A stretch of DNA of 64,000 nt from assembly GCA_034926785.1 (NCBI GenBank), contig JAYFQU010000015.1, forward strand, positions 13,363 through 77,362, in the 5' to 3' direction. The translations under genes and the position numbers were made by a program. This stretch comes from Christensenella sp. GTDB lineage: Bacteria > Bacillota > Clostridia > Christensenellales > CAG-138. The notes under the pieces were generated by a model, which did no database searches, was not told the origin of the DNA, and saw only the letters and a list, made by a program, of their open reading frames with translations. Positions 57,395 through 64,000 of the stretch are shown here, in pieces (position 1 is the stretch's first letter; every line of letters starts with the position of its first letter).

Positions 57395-58462
57395 ATGAAA
57401 CATAGAATTGATATATTACGGAAGAATCTTGAACAATCCTCTCTCGATGCGGCGCTGATCACCGGCGGTGTCAACATTCGTTATTACTCGGGATTTACCA
57501 GTTCGGATGGAATCTTCCTCGTCACCCAAAAGAAGGCATACCTAGTCACCGACTTTCGGTATACGATTCAGGCAAACGCGCAGACGAAGGGGCTCTGCGA
57601 AGTTGCGGAGGCGCCGTTTACCGAGCAGTTGAATCGTATCCGTGCGTTTCTTGCGGCGGACGGTTGCAGGCGCGTCGCCTTTGAAGAGGGCGCGATGACC
57701 GTCGGCGACTTTGGCGGCTATCAGGCGATGCCGGTAGAGTGGGTGCCGTTTGGCGAAACCATCTCCCTGCCGCGGCTGTATAAGTCCCAAGATGAGATTG
57801 ACAGCCTCCAGCAGGCGCAGAGGATCGCGGATAAGTCCTTCCTTGAATGGCTCGGGCGTATTGGCGCCGGCATGAGCGAGAAGGAGGCAACCGCGGAGCT
57901 GAACTATGTCTGCGAAAAAAACGGCAGCGAGGGAATTTCGTTTGATCCGATCATTGCCGGCGGGCCGAACGGGGCAATGTGTCACGCCGTTCCGGGCGGG
58001 CGAAAGCTGCAGCAAGGCGATCTTGTGGTAACGGACTTTGGCTGTGTTGTCAACGGCTATCATTCCGACATGACGCGCACCTTCGCCGTAGGCAAGATCG
58101 ACAGCGAGAGCAAGGAGATTTACGAAATTGTAAAAACCGCCCAACAGATGGCGCTGGACGCGCTGACAAACGGCGTTTCCGGCCTGGCGCTGGATGCCAT
58201 TGCGCGGGATTATATCACACAAAAAGGCTATGGCGCGCAGTTTGGCCATGGTCTTGGCCACGGCTTTGGCCTCCAGATTCACGAACCGCCGCGCGCTTCT
58301 GTGAACAGCACGGACACGCTCACCGAGGGTATGACCATCACCGTTGAGCCGGGCATCTATGTTGAGGGTAAATGCGGCGTTCGCATTGAGGACTGCTGTG
58401 TGCTGACAAAGGCTGGGCACCACAACTTCGTCACGGTGACGAAGGATTTGCTCACCATTTAA
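57395..58462 (+). CDS. pepP: M24B Xaa-Pro aminopeptidase/dipeptidase
   Basis: Creatinase-like N domain followed by HGLGHGFGLQIHEPP and VEPGIY..G..GVRIED. Confidence 0.9.
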   Translation: MKHRIDILRKNLEQSSLDAALITGGVNIRYYSGFTSSDGIFLVTQKKAYLVTDFRYTIQANAQTKGLCEVAEAPFTEQLNRIRAFLAADGCRRVAFEEGAMTVGDFGGYQAMPVEWVPFGETISLPRLYKSQDEIDSLQQAQRIADKSFLEWLGRIGAGMSEKEATAELNYVCEKNGSEGISFDPIIAGGPNGAMCHAVPGGRKLQQGDLVVTDFGCVVNGYHSDMTRTFAVGKIDSESKEIYEIVKTAQQMALDALTNGVSGLALDAIARDYITQKGYGAQFGHGLGHGFGLQIHEPPRASVNSTDTLTEGMTITVEPGIYVEGKCGVRIEDCCVLTKAGHHNFVTVTKDLLTI

Positions 58463-58545
58463 TCTTTGGAGATTTTCAGCATATGCTATGCTGATGATTG
58501 CAGTATAAAGGTAAGAGTAACAGAAATAATGGAGGAAACAACCAT

Positions 58546-59103
58546 ATGATCAGTGCAGGCGAATTCAGAAAAGGCATGACCGTGGAGATTGACGGGTCAG
58601 TCTGGCAAATTTCCGATTTCCAGCATGTAAAACCCGGCAAGGGCGCGGCATTCGTGCGTACTCGCCTCAAGAACGTGATGACGGGCGCTGTTTTGGAGCG
58701 CACGTTTAACCCGACGGACAAGTATCCGCCGGCTCACATTGAGACCAAGGAAATGCAGTACCTCTATGAAGACGGCGGTCTGTATTATTTCATGGATGTG
58801 GAAACCTATGAACAGCTTCCGCTGAATCATGATCAGGTGGAGGACGCCATCAGCTTTATCGTGGAAAACCAGAACGTTAAGGTTCGCTTCTTCAAAGGCG
58901 CACCGTTCTCTGTCGAAGCGCCGAACTTTGTCGAGCTGCTCATCACGCATTCCGAGCCTGGCGTGCGCGGCGACACCGCGACGGGAACCACCAAGCCTGC
59001 GACGCTGGAGACCGGCTACACGCTCAATGTTCCGCTGTTTGTGAACGAGGGCGACCGTATTCGCGTTGACACCCGTACGGGTGAATATATGGAGCGCGTT
59101 TAA
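58546..59103 (+). CDS. efp: Elongation factor P
   Basis: [47 protein letters not shown] at 58546 behind ggaggaa. Confidence 0.96.
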   Translation: MISAGEFRKGMTVEIDGSVWQISDFQHVKPGKGAAFVRTRLKNVMTGAVLERTFNPTDKYPPAHIETKEMQYLYEDGGLYYFMDVETYEQLPLNHDQVEDAISFIVENQNVKVRFFKGAPFSVEAPNFVELLITHSEPGVRGDTATGTTKPATLETGYTLNVPLFVNEGDRIRVDTRTGEYMERV

Positions 59104-59160
59104 CGCGCGGACATACCCAATCGACCGGTTCGGAAACGAACGGAAAGGCGAGTGAACCAT

Positions 59161-59562
59161 ATGAGCTTTATTTCTGAAAAAGTAGCGTATCTGGACGGGC
59201 TTGCCGATGGCCTCTCGCTCAAGGACGAGGGGACGGACAAGGTCCTGCGCGGCATCATTGAAACGCTTGGCGCAATTGCCGAGGCGCTGGAAGAACAGGA
59301 TGAGAGCATCGATGATCTCTCCGACTGCGTAGATGGCATCTACGATGAGCTGGACGACATTGAGGGCATTCTGGACGACGAGTATGACGGCGAACTGGAT
59401 GAGGACGATTTTATCGAGGTCATCTGCCCCCACTGCGGCGAAACGGTATACTTCGATGAGGATATGATCGACAGTGAAGATGGCCTGATTTGCCCGAACT
59501 GCAACGAGACCATTGAGTTTCAGATTCCCGGCATGGATGACGGCGAGGAAGTTGAAGACTAA
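59161..59562 (+). CDS. Highly acidic small protein with a C-terminal CxxC...CxxC zinc ribbon
   Basis: CPHCGETVYFDEDMIDSEDGLICPNCNETIEF, preceded by D/E-rich helices. A terminator follows. Confidence 0.6.
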   Translation: MSFISEKVAYLDGLADGLSLKDEGTDKVLRGIIETLGAIAEALEEQDESIDDLSDCVDGIYDELDDIEGILDDEYDGELDEDDFIEVICPHCGETVYFDEDMIDSEDGLICPNCNETIEFQIPGMDDGEEVED

Positions 59563-59584
59563 TCCGACCAAAGCAACAGCGAAC

Positions 59585-59618
59585 GCCCCGTTTGTTTAAA
59601 CACAGGCGGGGCTTTTTT
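59585..59618 (+). terminator. Rho-independent terminator
   Basis: gccccg / cggggc stem with an inner tgttt/aaaca, then TTTTTT. Confidence 0.8.
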
Positions 59619-59703
59619 GCGGCATTTTATCGTTCGAAAAGGACTTAGGCATCTTCTGGCGAATACTAACTAGGCAGCAAAGAAAAGCAGGGAGGATGCG
59701 CGA

Positions 59704-60723
59704 ATGGAAGACGAAAATCCGAGGCAATACTATGAGCGAGTTCAGGCGGAGACGCTGTCTCCCTATGCTACGCTCGCACAAAATTCGCGCGGACGCGAGC
59801 TGCCGGTGGAACCTTGCCAGATTCGCACGGCGTTTATCCGCGACCGCGACAGAATTTTGCACAGCAAATCCTTCCGTCGCCTCAAACATAAAACACAGGT
59901 GTTTCTATCGCCGCAGGGAGATCATTATCGAACAAGGCTGACCCATACGTTGGAGGTTTCCCAGATCGCAAGGACAATTGCCCGTGCCCTGCGGCTCAAC
60001 GAGGATCTTACCGAAGCGATCGCTATGGGCCATGATCTTGGACACACGCCTTTTGGGCACTCCGGCGAGGATGTGCTAAATGATTTGCTGCCCGGCGGAT
60101 TTGAGCATAACGAACAGAGTCTGCGCGTGGTAGAAAAGCTGGAAAATGAGGGCGAGGGACTGAACCTCACCTTTGAGGTCCGGGACGGCATTTTACACCA
60201 TAAAAAGAACGGAACACCCGCTACGCTGGAGGGAAAGGTGGTTTCTCTGGCCGATCGAATCGCGTATATCAACCATGATATTGACGACGCGATCCGCGCG
60301 GGGATTTTGCATGAGGACGATCTGCCGAGGGATGCGGTTCTTGTGCTTGGCAATTCGCACGGGAAGCGTATTAATTCCATGATACTCGATGTGGTGGCGC
60401 AGAGCTTCGGCAAGCCGACGGTTCAGATGAGCGCATCGGTTTTTGAACAGTTTGATGCATTGCGGGACTTTATGTTTGAACGCGTCTACAAAAACTCCAA
60501 GGCCAAGAGCGAGGAGGAAAAGGCGAAGCGCGTGGTATATGAGCTTTTCGCTTATTATCGGGCGCATACAAATCTACTCACGGGTGAATATGCCAAGTAT
60601 ATTGAGCAGGATGGCGTGGATCGTGCGGTAGCGGACTACATCGCGGGAATGACGGATAACTATGCGATTTCGGAATATATGCGTATCTTTGTTCCCAAAT
60701 CCTGGATGGATTTAACCATTTGA
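59704..60723 (+). CDS. dgt: dGTPase-like HD-domain triphosphohydrolase
   Basis: DRDRILHSKSFRRLKHKTQVF, YRTRLTHTLEVSQIAR, HDLGHTPFGHSGE. Confidence 0.92.
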   Translation: MEDENPRQYYERVQAETLSPYATLAQNSRGRELPVEPCQIRTAFIRDRDRILHSKSFRRLKHKTQVFLSPQGDHYRTRLTHTLEVSQIARTIARALRLNEDLTEAIAMGHDLGHTPFGHSGEDVLNDLLPGGFEHNEQSLRVVEKLENEGEGLNLTFEVRDGILHHKKNGTPATLEGKVVSLADRIAYINHDIDDAIRAGILHEDDLPRDAVLVLGNSHGKRINSMILDVVAQSFGKPTVQMSASVFEQFDALRDFMFERVYKNSKAKSEEEKAKRVVYELFAYYRAHTNLLTGEYAKYIEQDGVDRAVADYIAGMTDNYAISEYMRIFVPKSWMDLTI

Positions 60724-60894
60724 ACCCGAATGCTTGTATGCTGCCCCGCGCATGAAAAATCATGTGTCAATTTGCAGGAAACGCCGCCCGAAGGTCGAAT
60801 ACATAGTACTGGCTGAACGAGAGCGACAGCAGAGCCGATGGCGCCGGAGGATAGAAAGACGGTCTTGGCAGAATGATTTAGGAAAGGACGAAAG

Positions 60895-62679
60895 ATGGCA
60901 TATCCTGACCATTGGATGAATGAACTCATCAGCAAAAACGATATCGTCTCCGTCGTCTCGTCCTATACCGAACTCAAGCCAAAGGGACGGCGGCTTTGGG
61001 GACTTTGCCCTGTCCACGGCGAAAAGACCGCGTCGTTCTCCGTTTCACCCGATAAGCAGCTGTATTATTGCTTCGGCTGCCACATCGGCGGCTCTGTGAT
61101 TCAGTTTATCATGGATGTGGAGCATATGCCGTTTCACGAGGCGGTGGAGCACCTTGCCTCCCGCGCAGGGATGGCGATGCCGGAGGAGGTTAACGACGCC
61201 GCCATGCAGCGGGAGCGCGCAAAGCGCGAACGCCTCGCGGAGGCCTGCCAGCTTGCGGCCAGGTTTTATATGCAAAAGCTGCTGGGCGAACAGGGGGTAG
61301 CCGGCAGAGCATATTTAAAAAAACGCGGCATCACAAGCGATTCGGTGAAGCGATTTGGCATCGGCTATGCGCCAAATGAATGGGAAGCGCTCAAGCGCCA
61401 TCTCGGCGAACACGGATTTTCACCGGAAGAGCTGGTGGAGGCGGGGCTGCTCGTGAAGAACGCGGATACGGGGCGAACCTATGACGCCTATCGCGGGCGC
61501 GTAATCTTCCCGATCATTGCCGCGAATGGCAGGGTGGTTGGGTTTGGGGCGCGCGTACTCAACAACGAGGAGAAGCCCAAATATATCAACACCGGCGATA
61601 CGCCGCTCTATAACAAGCGAAATAACCTCTATGGCCTGAATCTTCAAAAGAGCGGAAAGATCGCCGATCTGGTCATGGTTGAGGGATATACGGATGTGAT
61701 CGGCCTGTATGAATCCGAGGTGACGAACGCCGTAGCGAGCCTTGGAACCGCGTTGACCCAACAGCAGGCAAGACTGCTCAAACGCTACGTCAGCAACGTA
61801 TACATCGCCTACGACGGCGATGCGGCAGGCCAGAACGCAACCATCCGCGGACTGGACATTCTCATGTCGGAGGGGCTCAATGTCCGCGTGATTGTTTTCC
61901 CGAACGGGCAGGACCCGGATGAGTTTGTGCGTCAAAACGGCAAAGAGGGGTTTGACAAACTCAAGGAAGAAGCGCTTTCGCTCAACGCGTTTAAAATCGA
62001 GGCCATGGCGCGAAATTATTCCATGGATAACGAAAACGAGCGGGAACAATACGCTGTCGAAGCCTGCCGGTTTATCGCAACGCTGACCCCCGTGGAACGG
62101 GAGCGGCATTATCAGGAGTTATCGAGAAAGACCGGCTTCTCGCTTGAAACGCTTCGCGCACAGGGCGCGAGTATTCGGCGGACGGACTGGCAGCAACCGG
62201 CGAAAGGCGTTCGGGAGCGCACCTTTCGCGCCGAGAGGCGCGAGAAACAGCCGGATAGCGAGCGCATCCGCGCGGAGAACGCACTGCTCTACCACATGAT
62301 GCAGTCGCCCGTTGCGGCGAGGATTGCGGGTGAACGCGGGCTGGATCAGCAGTTTGCGTCCGAAGGCATTCGACAGTTCGCCGAGGCACTGGTTGCGGCC
62401 TATCAGCGAGGGGAGGAGCCAAACCTTCCTTTGCTGCTCTGCGGGATGCAGAAGGCGGACGCCGAGCGGGTCAGCGACGCGCTCAAAGACGACGCACCCT
62501 GCGTGGAGCCGGAGAAGGCGGTTCGTGACTGCATCTGCCGGATTGAACGCAGCGGACTGGCGGAGCAGATTGAACAGATTAAGCAGCAACTGAACGATCC
62601 AACGCTTTCGGAGGCGCAGAAGGCGGACTATATTCGGACAATTATGACACTAAACCAGCGGATGCGGGGTTTGAGCTGA
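60895..62679 (+). CDS. dnaG: DNA primase
   Basis: Zinc finger [29 protein letters not shown] and Toprim EGYTDV...DGDAAG. Confidence 0.96.
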   Translation: MAYPDHWMNELISKNDIVSVVSSYTELKPKGRRLWGLCPVHGEKTASFSVSPDKQLYYCFGCHIGGSVIQFIMDVEHMPFHEAVEHLASRAGMAMPEEVNDAAMQRERAKRERLAEACQLAARFYMQKLLGEQGVAGRAYLKKRGITSDSVKRFGIGYAPNEWEALKRHLGEHGFSPEELVEAGLLVKNADTGRTYDAYRGRVIFPIIAANGRVVGFGARVLNNEEKPKYINTGDTPLYNKRNNLYGLNLQKSGKIADLVMVEGYTDVIGLYESEVTNAVASLGTALTQQQARLLKRYVSNVYIAYDGDAAGQNATIRGLDILMSEGLNVRVIVFPNGQDPDEFVRQNGKEGFDKLKEEALSLNAFKIEAMARNYSMDNENEREQYAVEACRFIATLTPVERERHYQELSRKTGFSLETLRAQGASIRRTDWQQPAKGVRERTFRAERREKQPDSERIRAENALLYHMMQSPVAARIAGERGLDQQFASEGIRQFAEALVAAYQRGEEPNLPLLLCGMQKADAERVSDALKDDAPCVEPEKAVRDCICRIERSGLAEQIEQIKQQLNDPTLSEAQKADYIRTIMTLNQRMRGLS

Positions 62680-62690
62680 AAGGAGCGACA

Positions 62691-63773
62691 ATGTTGGAAG
62701 GTAAAGAAGCACGCGCGCAAAAATTAAATGATTTAATTGAGTCCGGCAAACAAAAGGGGATGCTCTCCTATAAGGAGATCATGGACGCGCTGGAGGAATT
62801 GGAGCTCGACCAGGAGCAAATTGAGAAGGTCTACGACCATCTGGAAGAGCTGAACATCGACATCGTAGAAGATGTTGAGATGCCGGAGGATATCAACCAG
62901 GAGATTGCGGAGATTGAGTCTACGCTCGCTGCGGTCGAAGGCATCAATATTGACGATCCGGTACGCATGTACCTCAAGGAGATTGGCAAGGTTCCGCTGC
63001 TCACCGCCAATCAGGAGGTTGAGATTGCCCAGCGCATGGCGGACGGCGACCCGGAAGCGAAGCACCAGCTCGCAGAGGCGAACCTGCGCCTTGTGGTTTC
63101 AATTGCAAAGCGTTATGTCGGGCGCGGGATGCTGTTTCTCGATCTGATTCAGGAAGGAAATCTCGGGCTGATCAAGGCAGTTGAAAAATTCGACTACCGC
63201 AAGGGCTATAAATTCTCGACATACGCCACCTGGTGGATTCGCCAGGCGATCACCCGCGCAATTGCCGACCAGGCGCGCACCATCCGCATCCCCGTGCACA
63301 TGGTGGAGACGATTAACAAGCTCATCCGTGTCAACCGCCAACTGGTACAGGAATACGGGCGTGATCCGCGGCCGGACGAAATTGCCAAAGAGATGGGAAT
63401 CTCCGAAGAAAAAGTTCGCGAGATCATCAAGATTGCGCAGGAACCGGTCTCGCTGGAAACACCGATTGGCGAGGAGGACGATTCTCACCTTGGCGACTTT
63501 ATCCCGGATGACGACGCGCCTGCGCCCGCGGAGGCGGTCGCCGTCACACTGCTCAAGGAGCAGCTCATGGACGTGCTCAATTCGCTCACCCAGAGGGAAG
63601 CAAAGGTGCTTCGTCTGCGCTATGGCCTCGACGACGGCAAAGCGCGTACGTTGGAAGAGGTCGGCAAGGAGTTTAACGTCACCCGCGAGCGTATTCGGCA
63701 GATTGAAGCGAAGGCGCTCAGAAAGCTCCGCCACCCAAGCCGCAGCAAAAGACTAAAGGATTTTCTTGAATAA
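62691..63773 (+). CDS. rpoD: Primary RNA polymerase sigma factor (SigA/RpoD)
   Basis: Regions 1.2-4. [27 protein letters not shown], and region 4 [30 protein letters not shown]. Confidence 0.97.
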   Translation: MLEGKEARAQKLNDLIESGKQKGMLSYKEIMDALEELELDQEQIEKVYDHLEELNIDIVEDVEMPEDINQEIAEIESTLAAVEGINIDDPVRMYLKEIGKVPLLTANQEVEIAQRMADGDPEAKHQLAEANLRLVVSIAKRYVGRGMLFLDLIQEGNLGLIKAVEKFDYRKGYKFSTYATWWIRQAITRAIADQARTIRIPVHMVETINKLIRVNRQLVQEYGRDPRPDEIAKEMGISEEKVREIIKIAQEPVSLETPIGEEDDSHLGDFIPDDDAPAPAEAVAVTLLKEQLMDVLNSLTQREAKVLRLRYGLDDGKARTLEEVGKEFNVTRERIRQIEAKALRKLRHPSRSKRLKDFLE

Positions 63774-63787
63774 GCGCGCCGCACCTA

Positions 63788-63814
63788 CGCCCGCTTGAGC
63801 AAAGCGGGCGATTT
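63788..63814 (+). terminator. Hairpin after rpoD with a weak T-tract
   Basis: cgcccgctt / aagcgggcg stem with loop gagca, then attt. Confidence 0.5.
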
Positions 63815-63863
63815 CCAATCGGCTCGACACGAACCCAAAATAATTAACCGGAAGTAGAGCGAT

Positions 63864-64000
63864 ATGTACCATTACCGAATCAGCGATCAGGTGCCGCTTA
63901 AGACCAAGCGGCTGATTATCACGCCGATGAACGAAAAACAGATTGAAGCGATGCTACAGCGGGAGACGGAGAACCTGCTCCGGGGCGCGCTAAACGAAAT
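63864..64000 (+). CDS. 5' fragment of an ORF running off the window (possibly a GNAT-type acetyltransferase; weak)
   Basis: The ATG at 63864 opens MYHYRISDQVPLKTKRLIITPMNEKQIEAML... The L.T.RLII.P pattern resembles GNAT N termini. Only 45 codons are visible. Confidence 0.3.
   Translation, partial: MYHYRISDQVPLKTKRLIITPMNEKQIEAMLQRETENLLRGALNE

Overview
High-GC Firmicutes/Clostridia-type chromosomal core region; the taxon is an inference from gene order and is not verified. All ~62 credible genes lie on the + strand, tightly packed and often overlapping by 4-11 nt. Every long minus-strand ORF in the track is an antisense shadow of a + strand gene. The content is housekeeping in the classical Gram-positive order. 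It runs rimP-nusA-ylxR-L7Ae-infB-rbfA-nrnA-truB-ribF, rpsO, pnp-M16 peptidase-dUTPase-like-HlyD-like, yggS-sepF-divIVA, ygiQ, yceD-rpmF and plsX-acpP. It continues rnc-smc-ftsY, ylxM-ffh-rpsP-khpA-rimM-trmD, a DMT transporter, rplS-rbgA-rnhB-yraN, comM-dprA, topA-trmFO and hslVU. It ends with a SleB-like lipoprotein, rnj-ylbF-like-mltG, pepP, efp and dgt-dnaG-rpoD. I found no rRNA, tRNA, CRISPR, IS/transposase, phage or recognisable defence genes. Non-core material falls into three blocks: (i) a HEAT-repeat protein plus a GT2-like membrane protein whose catalytic motifs look degenerate (1-2310); (ii) an OadG-like / biotin-carrier / 5S-carboxyltransferase trio with no beta (pump) subunit in cis (3477-5813); (iii) a 4.7-kb glycosylation island between yraN and comM. 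The island encodes one ~1,276-aa protein with two GT-C glycosyltransferase modules plus GtrA, followed by a hairpin-dense 320-bp spacer bounded by a 22-nt direct repeat. Other points of note are a 9-copy GYAPRPQ(Q/G)GQQG tandem repeat inside infB, alternative hairpins in the rimP-nusA leader, an AT-rich spacer before topA and a probably leaderless pepP. I do not see a compelling undescribed multi-gene system. The GT-C island is the best novelty candidate, and everything rests on by-eye motif reading that needs HMM/structure confirmation.
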